Shown here: one piece after another, positions 45,789 through 55,688 of the stretch
Layout: the number at the start of each line of letters is the position of its first letter
Position numbering within the stretch: position 1 is the first letter of the stretch
Assembly: GCA_965217585.1 (NCBI GenBank)
Contig: OZ244561.1
Location: 1,408,001 to 1,472,000 of the forward strand
Length of the DNA stretch: 64,000 nucleotides
Source: Candidatus Latescibacterota bacterium
GTDB lineage: Bacteria; Latescibacterota; UBA2968; UBA8231
Reading direction: 5' to 3'
Notes under the pieces: model-generated
What the model was told of the DNA's origin: nothing
The model's input: the letters and a program-made list of their open reading frames with translations, nothing else
The model's database searches: none
Position numbers and translations under genes: made by a program

Positions 45789-47080
45789 TGCTTCGCAATA
45801 TCAAGCTAATTCACTTCAAGTGCTTTGAGCAGTTGGAGTTGAATTGCAAACAGCTCAATCTTCTCTGCGGTTTGAACGGGATGGGCAAGAGCAGCGTCAT
45901 TCAAGCATTGCTTATGATCCGGCAATCGTTCGAAACTGGAGAATTACTCGCCGGCAGACTGGTCCTGAACGGCGAGCGGATAGACATAGGTACAGGCGAG
46001 GACGTGCTGTTTGAAGACGCTAAACGCGATGTCTTGGGATTCTCACTTGAGAGCGACAAAATAGAAGAACCATGGGAAGAAGAATTTGACTGTCCTAGGA
46101 CATCTGATCGTCTGAATATTAAAAACAAACTGGACGAAGGAGCTTTGAACAATCTTCTGAGCGATTTTTTTAACGATCGTCTAGATGAGAAAATCTTCGA
46201 CGAGGAGAGCTCCTCGGTACGGGAATTTTTACGGCATTTAGGCCCGATATTGAAGGATGAGGACCCCCCGTTCGACGAAGAGAGCGTCCGGGTAATAGGT
46301 CTGGGATTCCTCTACGTATCTAGCAAATGGCGAAATGTTCCACCGTTTGGAGGCCATCTCGTTTACGTAAATGCAGAACGGGTCGGCCCCCAGAAGTTAT
46401 ACTCTGTCTCTTCCAACGTGCTGACTAGGCGCGGTGATTTCGGTACAAGAGGCGAGTACGCGTGGGATTATCTAAATCGCCATCAGAATGACCTACTACA
46501 GGCGGACGATCCTCGTTGTATTGAGGGAGAGGACCGACCACTGAGGGCCATCGTCGACCAGTGGATGCAGGACGTGTGCCCCGGTGCTCATCTACAACTT
46601 GAAGAGGTGAAAGCTGCTGACGCGGTCATCGCCGGATTTACGTTCGACCGGGAGGACGATGTGGCTTCCCGTCGGTATCGTGCGACCAATGTCGGGTTTG
46701 GTCTATCGTATGCGCTGCCGGTCATCCTCGCCCTGCTTTCAAATCCCGGCACACTATGCCTGATCGAAAATCCAGAAGCTCACCTGCATCCCCGAGGCCA
46801 GACCAAGCTAGCCGAATTGGCAGCCCGTGCATCGAAGGCGGGCGTCCAAGTGATTGCTGAGACCCACAGCGATCACTTCATGGATGGCGTGCGAATCGCG
46901 GTCCGCGACGGCCTTATCGAACCAGAAAACGCCGCATTCCATTACTTTGAGCGCAAAGGCAACCAAACTGTCGTCACTTCGCCGCAAATAGACTCGGACG
47001 GGCGATTGTCGTCGTGGCCTATCGGGTTCTTCGATCAGCACGACGAGAATCTGGCAAGGCTACTTGCACCAAAGGAATGA
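45788..47080 (+). CDS. ABC-type ATPase with DUF3696, Menshen NsnB-like
   Basis: GLNGMGKSS, NVGFGLSY, IENPEAHLHPRGQ, ETHSDH, WPIGFFDQ. Confidence 0.88.
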   Translation: MLRNIKLIHFKCFEQLELNCKQLNLLCGLNGMGKSSVIQALLMIRQSFETGELLAGRLVLNGERIDIGTGEDVLFEDAKRDVLGFSLESDKIEEPWEEEFDCPRTSDRLNIKNKLDEGALNNLLSDFFNDRLDEKIFDEESSSVREFLRHLGPILKDEDPPFDEESVRVIGLGFLYVSSKWRNVPPFGGHLVYVNAERVGPQKLYSVSSNVLTRRGDFGTRGEYAWDYLNRHQNDLLQADDPRCIEGEDRPLRAIVDQWMQDVCPGAHLQLEEVKAADAVIAGFTFDREDDVASRRYRATNVGFGLSYALPVILALLSNPGTLCLIENPEAHLHPRGQTKLAELAARASKAGVQVIAETHSDHFMDGVRIAVRDGLIEPENAAFHYFERKGNQTVVTSPQIDSDGRLSSWPIGFFDQHDENLARLLAPKE

Positions 47081-47081
47081 T

Positions 47082-48029
47082 ATGCGCGAGTTAGTACTGA
47101 ACGACGCCAGTATTGATGCCGCCGATCAGCGTACTGCTATGGATTGGCTCGCGGATATCGCTAAGGGGATATCGTCGCTTGTTGTAAAAAAAGTCGTTCA
47201 GAACACATTGCGGACGAGTCGCCCTTTACAGGCGATACATTATCGAGGCAACAACTCGCTTTGGGAGATAATCCTCGCACTGAAGCAACACGGTTTGAGG
47301 GAAGAGTATCTATTTCTCATGAGTAGCAGTGTCAAGACTCCTCTGACAAACGAGCTTGAACAAGGTATCAAAGATCGGTTTCTCTCGTGTGGAGGACGGA
47401 CGTTTCCATCGCCAGCAGGCAATTCCCTCGTCTTATGCGCCATCTCCGATGGAATCGCTGTCAGCTTTCCCTCTGATTCGGTCTGGGATAGAAACCTAAT
47501 TAAAGTTGATTTCTACGAACTGAAAGACGACGGAAGTGGCGAGGTAAGTGAGGAAGAAACGTTTGAAGAGATAGACAATCTCTCACGCTCCGATCACGCT
47601 CCGCCAATATGCGAACGCCATCGACAGAATCTTCGCGGCCAAATCACGAGTGCCGAGGGATTGTGGGATAACAGAAAACAGGCATTTCCTAACCTCCTAT
47701 TCGGGCCGGACATAGAGGATCATCTTACTAAAATAAATACCGGCGACCTAGGGACTATCGTCGGCAAGCTAGCAAGTCTCAATGCTGCTGCAGCCGAGTG
47801 GCCCGATGTTGGAGGCGGTGTACCCCGGTGGAAGACCAAAGTAACCAACGAAAGCGAGTCATTGCAGAACGATGCCAAGGAGCGGGAAAATCGGCGGTTC
47901 AGATCGTACAATGGCATAAGCCAACTATTCCTGTGGCACGCCCGCTTTGGCAATTCTGGCCGAATTCATCTCCGTTTCGATCCAAGTTCGCACGAAGTCG
48001 AAATCGGCTACATTGGGCCGAAATTATGA
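47082..48029 (+). CDS. Hypothetical third gene of the Menshen-like operon (NsnC-like), possible RelE-like C-terminus
   Basis: Position in the operon; ends WHARFGNSGRIHLRF...IGYIGPKL. Confidence 0.6.
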   Translation: MRELVLNDASIDAADQRTAMDWLADIAKGISSLVVKKVVQNTLRTSRPLQAIHYRGNNSLWEIILALKQHGLREEYLFLMSSSVKTPLTNELEQGIKDRFLSCGGRTFPSPAGNSLVLCAISDGIAVSFPSDSVWDRNLIKVDFYELKDDGSGEVSEEETFEEIDNLSRSDHAPPICERHRQNLRGQITSAEGLWDNRKQAFPNLLFGPDIEDHLTKINTGDLGTIVGKLASLNAAAAEWPDVGGGVPRWKTKVTNESESLQNDAKERENRRFRSYNGISQLFLWHARFGNSGRIHLRFDPSSHEVEIGYIGPKL

Positions 48030-48259
48030 ACGCTGTGCATTAGGATGCAAAAAAGGCTGTGGAACGAGCCCGATCGTCGGCTATAACCAAGAGCCACTAC
48101 CGATGACTTGGGATTAGGATTAGATGAGGAGCATCTTCTATACCGACAACGAGTCCGAAAAGAGGTAGTCGTCGAGGGCATTCAGCGAAGACGGCCATCT
48201 ACAACTAATTCCTTGAGAACATGGCATCAATGAGACTTATTTTATAGAGCGGTAGCTTT

Positions 48260-49363
48260 GTGTCGAACTCCGGTGACCGTTACATATCCGTCGATTTTAC
48301 GGGGACCCTCACTCACGATCCCGAACGGAGAACCCTCCCAAATGGCAAGGCTGTCTGTGAGTTTGAAATTGAGAATGAGGAATGGGAGCACCATCAGTAC
48401 GTGCTACTACATGGGATTACCGGTGAACGGATCATTTGCGAGTGGACTGAAGCCATCCAACGTCTCAAAAACGGTGAGGCCGCTACACTGCATGAGATTA
48501 CCTTTGAAAGGATCATTTGTAAGGCACATGATCAGACAGCTCAAAAGATCACGAACAGTCACCATTGCAAGGGTGGTCACAAAATCAGGATAACTGGCTA
48601 CATCCGACACATCGAAGAGGAGAAGGCGACCTCGTTCTTTACCATAAAATTTGACCAACTAATAGTTTTTGTTGAAGAGATAGAGCTCTATAGTTCTGCA
48701 CAAATACAGCAGATTGCCGACGCACAGAGAATAAGCACACTTTGCCATTTTACCCCAAAAGAACGCCTCAGTAGTATTTTATATCGCGGCTTATTAAGCC
48801 GTCGTTTTCTGGAGGACCTCCCACCATCAAAACGGCCTCCGTTCACTGATCCAGACCGACATGACGGATACAAGGAATCAATCTGTTTGAGCATCGGCTT
48901 CCCAAACTACCGAATGTTATTCCAAAAGACCGGCCATGATGAACAATCCCAATGGGTTATCTTGCTTATTGATACAAAAGTGTTATGGGAATTGGATTGT
49001 GCCTTCTGCCATCAAAACGCTTCTTCTAATCTTGTACGTCGCATTCCATTGGAGGATAGAAAAAAACCCTCAGCATTAAAAAGGATGTTTAGGGATCGGG
49101 ACTACGACAACGAAGGTTTGTACCAGCGTCAATTGCAAATACCCAAAGACTACCCAACGCATCCCCAAGCAGAAGTTCTCGTCTTTAACTCAATTCCAGC
49201 AATGTATATCAAAGCAGTCCTTTTTTACAATGGTACCGCTTTGAAGAAATGGAAGGAAGACAATCCCAAGCCTTATCCTCAAACATTTTCCGCTAACAAG
49301 CAATATTTCAAGCCTAGATGTGATTACGCGGCATGGCAAAGTGATAACCGTAACCTCGCTTAG
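48260..49363 (+). CDS. darT: DarT-family DNA ADP-ribosyltransferase (DUF4433) with N-terminal SSB-like OB-fold domain
   Basis: LCHFT...SILYRGLLSR, ICLSIGFPNYRM, QAEVLV (catalytic Glu); N-terminal GTLTHDPERRTLPNGKAVCEF. Confidence 0.82.
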   Translation: MSNSGDRYISVDFTGTLTHDPERRTLPNGKAVCEFEIENEEWEHHQYVLLHGITGERIICEWTEAIQRLKNGEAATLHEITFERIICKAHDQTAQKITNSHHCKGGHKIRITGYIRHIEEEKATSFFTIKFDQLIVFVEEIELYSSAQIQQIADAQRISTLCHFTPKERLSSILYRGLLSRRFLEDLPPSKRPPFTDPDRHDGYKESICLSIGFPNYRMLFQKTGHDEQSQWVILLIDTKVLWELDCAFCHQNASSNLVRRIPLEDRKKPSALKRMFRDRDYDNEGLYQRQLQIPKDYPTHPQAEVLVFNSIPAMYIKAVLFYNGTALKKWKEDNPKPYPQTFSANKQYFKPRCDYAAWQSDNRNLA

Positions 49364-49375
49364 GAGCGAAGAACA

Positions 49376-50053
49376 ATGGCAAAACGTCCTATTTTTATTC
49401 CAGTCAACGGATTTCCTAACTTCAAAGAGACAGACATAGAGTTTCACTGGTATCCCGGTTTTGCAAAATCACAGATCCAAAAATCCATTGAGTCTTTACA
49501 CAAAGCTGCCAAAAAGAAGGGAATCTCCCCAATTTTGGAAATCTCGGGTAAATCCAAGTCGGACCTAGGCTTTTCGTTGAGTGCTTTTAATCTGCTATTG
49601 AAAACGAATAGCGGACGGACGATGAGTGTGGAATGTGCCTATCAAGGAAGCAAGGTATTTGAAAAAGGCGGTCCGTACCACGAGCTGTATTCGGTGTCAA
49701 GTCGCGCGGCGAAGACCGATAAACGACTGCGAAATTCGGGCGATCTCGTTAAATTCAACTTCTGTGGCGAGGATTTTCCGATTGAACCCAAAACAGCTTT
49801 CTACGATTGGTTATATATGACTGCACTATGCCAGAAGCAACCAAATCCAGTGCAAAAGCTCAAAGAGTTTCAAGGTTTTTCAGACATCGTCTTTAATCCG
49901 AATCGTTCGCTCAATTGCCAGGCTCGGGCTGCTGCGATTTTTGTGTCGTTATCCCCCCAAAGCGAACAGGAGGTACGAGATTATTACGACCGGCTTCAAG
50001 CTAGTGATAAACCTCTTTTATCTCAGCTTTCTCTCTTCAACGGCTCTCTGTAG
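49376..50053 (+). CDS. DarT1-associated NADAR-family antitoxin
   Basis: MAKRPIF, WYPGFAKSQ, LEISGKS, LSAFNL, VECAYQGSKVF, FYDWLY, FNPNRSLNCQA. Confidence 0.82.
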   Translation: MAKRPIFIPVNGFPNFKETDIEFHWYPGFAKSQIQKSIESLHKAAKKKGISPILEISGKSKSDLGFSLSAFNLLLKTNSGRTMSVECAYQGSKVFEKGGPYHELYSVSSRAAKTDKRLRNSGDLVKFNFCGEDFPIEPKTAFYDWLYMTALCQKQPNPVQKLKEFQGFSDIVFNPNRSLNCQARAAAIFVSLSPQSEQEVRDYYDRLQASDKPLLSQLSLFNGSL

Positions 50054-50080
50054 AAGTGATCTCATAAATTGCGACGGCCT

Positions 50081-51550
50081 TCACTGATCCAAGGGCTGCG
50101 GATAGCCCCGCTCCCACCCCGCCGCGCCGAACGCCTTGTCGGCCCACAGGGAGACGTTTTCGGAAGAGTAAACCACGTTGTAGGCGTGCGAGGCCTGTAC
50201 GGAGCGCATGATCTCGCGCCACAGCGCGGCGTCCAAATGCCGGTATTCGGCTGCGTGCGAGGCGGATTCGGCGAGATTGTGCTGTTCTTGGGAATCTTCC
50301 TGTAAATCGAAAAGCCCGGTCGCGCCGTTGCCGTACTTCACCAGCTTATGCCGCCCGTCGTAGGCCATCCAGCCGGACTGCAAGCCGCCGACGAGCATGT
50401 CGCGCGGAGAATCGCCGGCCAAGCCCAAGCCGGGCAGCGGTCTAGCATCCATGTACTCCGGCACGCCGTGGCCAGACGCGGCCAGCAGGGTGGCGGTGAC
50501 GTCCGTGAGGCAAACCAGATCGTCGCGCACTGTGCCAGCGGCTCCGCCCGGCTGGCGCACCAGCATGGGCACGTGGCAGCTACCCTCGTAGAAATTGCCT
50601 TTGGCGTTTACTCCGTGATCACCAACTAGATCGCCGTGATCCGAGGCAAAGATGACGAGGGTATTGTCGAGGCGACCGCTTTCCTCCAGCGCGGCGAGGA
50701 TGCGGCCCACCTCGTGATCTATCTGCAAGATGAGGGCCGAATAGTGGGCGCGCACCTTGCACTTCTGCTCCTCGGTGTAGGGGCCTTCAGTCTCTGGGGT
50801 CCATATCGGCACGCCCGGCCGACGCCGGGGATGGATGCCCTCGCGGACATCGCGGTGGATGGGGTCACCGGGTGCGGGAGCGGGAATTTTATCGACATCG
50901 ACTTTGGCCAGAAACTCCGGCGTGGGGTCGTAGGGGTCGTGCGGGCCGGGAAAGCCCACCATGCAGGCAAAGGGCTCCTCGCGGTCGTACTCGCGGATGA
51001 AGCGCGTCGCCTCCTCGCCGACGAAGTAATCCCAGTAGCAGTCCCAAGGCAAAAGCGAGACGCAAGCGCCGCGATTCTCGTCGTAGCCTGTGTGTTCTTT
51101 GCCCATGTACTTGCGGTGGCCGCGCTGTTGCAAATAGTGCCAGTAGTCGTCTTGGATATTGACCCACACCTTGTCCTCGCAGGCGATGCGATGTTGGAAG
51201 CCAAAAGAGGCGTCCCAAGGATAGAAGTGCATCTTGCCGATGGCCGAGGTGAGGTAGCCGTAGTCGGTCAACATCTCCGCCCAAGTGCGGATGCCACACG
51301 CAGCATGGTCCGGGCGCAGGTAATTGCCGTTAGTCAGCACATGGGTGCGCCAAGCGTTGAGGCCGGTGAGCAGCGAACAACGCGCCGGTACGCAGACCGG
51401 GTGCAAGCTGTACGCGCGGTCGTAGCGGATGCCCTCAGCGGCGATGCGGTCGATGTTGGGCGTGGAAATGTGGGGAGCGCCGTAGCAGCCGAGAAAGTCG
51501 TGGCGCATTTGATCTGGCATAATGAACAACAGGTTGGGTCGATCGCTCAT
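50081..51550 (-). CDS. Sulfatase (formylglycine type)
   Basis: PNLLFIMPDQ, CVPAR, GKMH, PHDP, SDHG; start 51550. Confidence 0.93.
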   Translation of the reverse strand: MSDRPNLLFIMPDQMRHDFLGCYGAPHISTPNIDRIAAEGIRYDRAYSLHPVCVPARCSLLTGLNAWRTHVLTNGNYLRPDHAACGIRTWAEMLTDYGYLTSAIGKMHFYPWDASFGFQHRIACEDKVWVNIQDDYWHYLQQRGHRKYMGKEHTGYDENRGACVSLLPWDCYWDYFVGEEATRFIREYDREEPFACMVGFPGPHDPYDPTPEFLAKVDVDKIPAPAPGDPIHRDVREGIHPRRRPGVPIWTPETEGPYTEEQKCKVRAHYSALILQIDHEVGRILAALEESGRLDNTLVIFASDHGDLVGDHGVNAKGNFYEGSCHVPMLVRQPGGAAGTVRDDLVCLTDVTATLLAASGHGVPEYMDARPLPGLGLAGDSPRDMLVGGLQSGWMAYDGRHKLVKYGNGATGLFDLQEDSQEQHNLAESASHAAEYRHLDAALWREIMRSVQASHAYNVVYSSENVSLWADKAFGAAGWERGYPQPLDQ

Positions 51551-51566
51551 GGTTCTACTCCATTTC

Positions 51567-52496
51567 TTAGGGTGTTTTCGCGCCCGCGCCCGCCCGCGCT
51601 TCGGCCCAAGCGCGTAGCGGCACATCGGCGGTGTCCTTGGTCAGCCAATACTGGGACGACGGCGCGACGCTTGGATCGGCCCCCAGCGGATTACCGCCGC
51701 TGGGCAGGGCACCCAAAAGCTGCTGGCGAATCGGCGAGCAGCGCGCGAGTAGCGCCGGATCCTGTTGGATGTAGTCGGTCGGGCGCAGCCAGCGGTAGTG
51801 GTAGCCCACGTGCATGATCTTGCGCGTCCGCTGCGACTGATTGGGGCCAACGCAATGCCACGTTGCCGTGCGCCACAGCACCGCCGAGCCGGCCGGGAGC
51901 CGCAGTTCCAGTGTCTGTTCCGCCGGCACCTGGTACTCCATGTCGCGCAGTTTTTGGGGACATCGCTTGTGGCTGCCCGGCACCAGCCAGAGGTTGCCGC
52001 AATTGGATTCGGTCATGTCGAAGAGGACATAGAAGACCTTGATCTCCATAAAGGGCAAGCGCCCATCGAGCGAAGGCCCTGCAAAAAGCTCGGGACTAGC
52101 CAAGTCGGGATGCCAAACTACATTGCGGTAGCCGGCCTCCTGATCGGCCCCCCGTCCGCTCCCCACAACCCCGGGCTGCACGTCGCGCGGATACGGTGGG
52201 CGATAGTCGAGATGCGTCGTGCGGATCTGGATATTCCAGCCGATTGCATCGACCACCAGCGGCAGCATCCGCGGATGATCCACTAAGTCGAGAAAAGCGT
52301 CGTGCTGCGCTAGGGCATTGCGCACCTGGAAATGCGTCTCCGCCCCCAAGTCCTGTTCCTTCTGAATGCGGGCGACCACTTCATCGGCGGCCATTGAGAG
52401 CCGGGCCAGTTCCTCAGACGTTAGGAAGTGTTCGAGGACGATAAAGCCCTGCTCGGCAAAGTCGCGTTCTTGCTCGCGGGTCATTGCTATGGACAT
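51567..52496 (-). CDS. Phytanoyl-CoA dioxygenase family protein
   Basis: QGFIVLE, WHPD, LWLVPGSH, TWHCVGPN. Confidence 0.88.
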   Translation of the reverse strand: MSIAMTREQERDFAEQGFIVLEHFLTSEELARLSMAADEVVARIQKEQDLGAETHFQVRNALAQHDAFLDLVDHPRMLPLVVDAIGWNIQIRTTHLDYRPPYPRDVQPGVVGSGRGADQEAGYRNVVWHPDLASPELFAGPSLDGRLPFMEIKVFYVLFDMTESNCGNLWLVPGSHKRCPQKLRDMEYQVPAEQTLELRLPAGSAVLWRTATWHCVGPNQSQRTRKIMHVGYHYRWLRPTDYIQQDPALLARCSPIRQQLLGALPSGGNPLGADPSVAPSSQYWLTKDTADVPLRAWAEARAGAGAKTP

Positions 52497-52571
52497 TTTC
52501 GTCTCTTGGTGAGTCAGGTGAGAGGGCTTGCTGATGGCTATGTACAAACAAAGTAAAAAAGATCGGGCGGC

Positions 52572-53966
52572 TCATACAACGCTGGGGGCGCAGACCAGCC
52601 GTTTGAACAGGTCGCCCCGTGCGGCGTAGTTGGGAAACTGATCGAAACTGGCGCAGGCCGGCGAAAGCAGCACCACGTCGCCAGTTTGCGCCAAGTGGCG
52701 GGCGGTGTCCAGGGCTTGGGGTAGATCGCGGCAGCAGTGGGCGATCTCGCCCGCGCCCACCCGCTGTACGGCGGCGGCAATGCGCGGGGCCTCTTGGCCG
52801 ATGAGCAACACGGCGCGCACATGGCCAGCGGCAATAGTGGTGCCCAAGGCGCTGAAATCGGCCCCTTTTTCAGCACCGCCAGCGATCAGCAGCAGGGGCG
52901 CGTCAAAGGCGCGGAGGGCAGCGCAGGTAGCATCGACTGTCGTGGCCAGTGAGTCGTTGTAATAGCTAACGCCGTCGCGCTCAGCAACGTATTCGAGACG
53001 GTGGGGAAGACCCTCAAAGGCGCGGAGGGCCTCGGCGAAATGGGTTGCTGGCGCACCAAAGGCCAAAGCACCGGCTACGGCAGCGGCGACGTTGCTCCAA
53101 TTGTGTTGGCCTCGGAGGGGCAGGTCGGCCATCGGACAAATGGCGATTGGGCGCTCCTCGGGGCGGCAGGCCCACAACTGGCCGTCGGCGATCCACGCGC
53201 CCAGAGCACTCGGAGCGGTTGTGCTGAAGGACCAAAGGGCGGCTGGACTCTCTGCGGCAAAGGCCCGAGCCGTAGGACAGTCCCGATTGACAATGAGGAT
53301 ATCGCCGGGAGTCTGGTGACGGCACACGGGTTTTTTGGCGGCGACGTATTCGGCGCGGTCGGCGTGGTAGTCGAGGTGGTCCTCGGTGACGGAAAGAACC
53401 ACGGCGATGTGGGGACTTTGGTCGAGGTCTTGCAATTGGAAGCTGGACAGCTCTAGGACGACCCGATCGGTCGGCTGCAACTCGTCAATGAATTCGAGCG
53501 GCGGTCGGCCGATGTTGCCGCCGCTAAACACCCGGGCTGCGGAGTCGGTAGCCAAGAGCGCGTGTAGCAGCGCGGTCGTAGTGCCTTTGCCCTTGGTACC
53601 GGTGACGCCGAGCACCGGCGCGGGGCATAGTTGCAAAAAGAGGCGCGTCTGGCTCGATACTTCGACGCCGCAACGGCGCGCCGCGCACAGACGCGGGTCC
53701 AGCGTCGGCAGGCCCGGCGTGCGGAACAGCAGATCGAAGTCGGTCAGGTCGTCGAGGTAGCGGTCGCCGATGCGCCACTGTTGCACGCCCTCCACCGGCG
53801 TGGCCGGGGCGCGGGCGTCGCATGCGGAGAAGGGAATCTGGCGCGCATGGAGAAAGCAGGCCAGCGCGCGGTTTTCCACGCCGAGGCCGAGGAGGGCAAT
53901 GCGCCGCTGGTGCAAGTGTTGGGTCGCGCTTGACTCTTTGGGGGCGGAGGATTTTTTTAGCGCCAT
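52572..53966 (-). CDS. murD: UDP-N-acetylmuramoyl-L-alanine--D-glutamate ligase
   Basis: GVTGTKGKGTT, GGNIG, ELSSFQL, DHLDYH, YNDSLATT, LSPACASFDQF. Confidence 0.95.
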   Translation of the reverse strand: MALKKSSAPKESSATQHLHQRRIALLGLGVENRALACFLHARQIPFSACDARAPATPVEGVQQWRIGDRYLDDLTDFDLLFRTPGLPTLDPRLCAARRCGVEVSSQTRLFLQLCPAPVLGVTGTKGKGTTTALLHALLATDSAARVFSGGNIGRPPLEFIDELQPTDRVVLELSSFQLQDLDQSPHIAVVLSVTEDHLDYHADRAEYVAAKKPVCRHQTPGDILIVNRDCPTARAFAAESPAALWSFSTTAPSALGAWIADGQLWACRPEERPIAICPMADLPLRGQHNWSNVAAAVAGALAFGAPATHFAEALRAFEGLPHRLEYVAERDGVSYYNDSLATTVDATCAALRAFDAPLLLIAGGAEKGADFSALGTTIAAGHVRAVLLIGQEAPRIAAAVQRVGAGEIAHCCRDLPQALDTARHLAQTGDVVLLSPACASFDQFPNYAARGDLFKRLVCAPSVV

Positions 53967-54015
53967 TGGAATCGCAATACGCGCTCTAAGTTAAATTGGA
54001 TAGGAGAACGATCCT

Positions 54016-54393
54016 GTGGCTGTAACAATTATGCGTACGGTGCGGCCTAGTCCGCAATGGCAAGACAGCTTGATCCGGCTAGAGAACGGCCAGCGGGTCG
54101 TCATCGACGCCGAGGAAACTTGGTCGCCGGACATGCGCAACCAAATCGCTTGGTGCGGTGCTGATGGCTTGTACAACCTGCCCGCAGAATCGGGGTACCT
54201 AATGCCGGGGGCTAACGTCGGCGCGCTCGTGGCCCGCATTGGCGACGACGGGCCGACCTTTGCCGTGGGCAGCCGCTACGACTTTATCGCCGACCGCGCG
54301 GGCATCCTGCATTTGGCCATGAACGAAAACCCGAGCTTCAACAACCAAGCTGGCAAAATCGTCGCCCAGATCATCGTCTTTGACTCGCGATGA
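54016..54393 (+). CDS. Hypothetical beta-sandwich protein (LecA/PA-IL-like)
   Basis: WQDSLIRL, GALVARIG, FAVGS, GILHLAMNE pattern. Confidence 0.5.
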   Translation: MAVTIMRTVRPSPQWQDSLIRLENGQRVVIDAEETWSPDMRNQIAWCGADGLYNLPAESGYLMPGANVGALVARIGDDGPTFAVGSRYDFIADRAGILHLAMNENPSFNNQAGKIVAQIIVFDSR

Positions 54394-55424
54394 GCTTGAC
54401 GGGCAAAGCGTATCTGCGCGCCCAAGTGCCGCTGATGCTCGCCGACCATCCGGCCGTCCGCGCGATCGCGCCGCTTGCGGATCAGGTTTGGCGCGTCGAA
54501 ACCGACGACGGCCGCAAGGTCGTGGTCAAGCATCAGCTCTTTGGGTGGCTAACGCAGGGTATGGCTTACGACCTGTTGGAGGTCGAGCGCGATGTGCTCG
54601 GCCTCTTGCACAGAGCGGGTTGCCCGGTGCCGGCCGTGCTGGGCATCGATCAGGAGGCGCACTGCATTTTTTTGCAATGGGTCGGTGATCGCACCCTCGA
54701 CGACGCCATTCAGGACGGAGATCAAGCGACGACGACGCAGGCCATACGCGGGCTGTGCGCCATTGAGCGAGCGTGCGCCCAACGCGCCGACCAGCTAGCG
54801 CCGAGGGTGGTGCCGAGCGCCAACCTCGCAGCCCTAGCCACCGCCTGGGACGAGGCGGGGACGCGGGCGCACGCTGGCATCAAGCAGCTATGCAGCCGTC
54901 TCCAGCGGCCTTTGGATGCTGGGATGCGACCGCTGCTCGAAGCTATGCACGGTTGGCTGGCGGCGCGACCGCCCGCGCTGGGCAGCGTAGATTACAACGC
55001 GCGCAACGCAGTTGTCGAACCGGGGGGAACGCGCGTTTACTTCCTCGAATTTGCCAAAATTGGTTGGGACTGGACGGAACGGCGCTTGACGCAGTATACT
55101 TCTAGTATGGGTAGTGGCCGGCAGGATGGGCGCATGCGCTCGCTGCTGGACGCGCCCGCAGCGCGTTTATACGCCGAGGTGTCCGGGCACAAAGACGGCG
55201 CTCGCGCGCTCGATTATCACCGAATCTTTTTTCTTTTAAACAGCGCGGCCCTGTTGTGCGCGGCCCTCGACAGCGAGCCGCACGCATTGGCCCTGCGCCA
55301 ACGCTGGAAAAGGCCCCATGCGCGGCTGCGGCAATGCGCGGCCATGCTGGCCCAGGATCTGAGCACAGACCCGGTCGCGGTCGCATTCAGGTCTTGTTTA
55401 CCATCAGATGGAGGTCCCCTATGA
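54390..55424 (+). CDS. APH/choline-kinase-like phosphotransferase fold protein
   Basis: VVVKH, VERDVL, DYNARN, FLEFAKIGWD (degenerate HxDxxxxN and DFE motifs). Confidence 0.55.
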   Translation: MSLTGKAYLRAQVPLMLADHPAVRAIAPLADQVWRVETDDGRKVVVKHQLFGWLTQGMAYDLLEVERDVLGLLHRAGCPVPAVLGIDQEAHCIFLQWVGDRTLDDAIQDGDQATTTQAIRGLCAIERACAQRADQLAPRVVPSANLAALATAWDEAGTRAHAGIKQLCSRLQRPLDAGMRPLLEAMHGWLAARPPALGSVDYNARNAVVEPGGTRVYFLEFAKIGWDWTERRLTQYTSSMGSGRQDGRMRSLLDAPAARLYAEVSGHKDGARALDYHRIFFLLNSAALLCAALDSEPHALALRQRWKRPHARLRQCAAMLAQDLSTDPVAVAFRSCLPSDGGPL

Positions 55425-55687
55425 GCGAGTGGAACACGCTCGACTTCAAGCCCCGGGCTCGGGGTATGATCATCGGCGATATTCCCTGGCTGGCGCGCAT
55501 AGCCGACAAGGCGCGAGCGCACCAGCAGCAACGCATCGGCGACTACGTATTTCCCTGACCGGCCGACAAGCACTTCCTGGAGGAAGTGGAGCTGACAGCC
55601 GCAGCATTCGAGGAGATGGTAGCCACGTCCGCAGACGACGATGCACTGATCGAAAAGATGAAAGCGCATTTGGCCAGAAAGCATTAG
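55421..55687 (+). CDS. Probable DUF5069-like selenoprotein, 88 aa
   Basis: MSEWNTLDFKPRAR...WLARIADKARA...GDYVFP-TGA(55556)-PADKHFLEE...RKH-TAG; GGAGG RBS; hairpin CACTTCC-TGGA-GGAAGTG; TAG lies 1 nt before the next ATG. Confidence 0.75.
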
Positions 55688-55688
55688 C

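Noticed and set aside
48030-48259. Protein-like stretch between the Menshen-like trio and darT
   Set aside because: No clear start and no recognisable family; at most a remnant.
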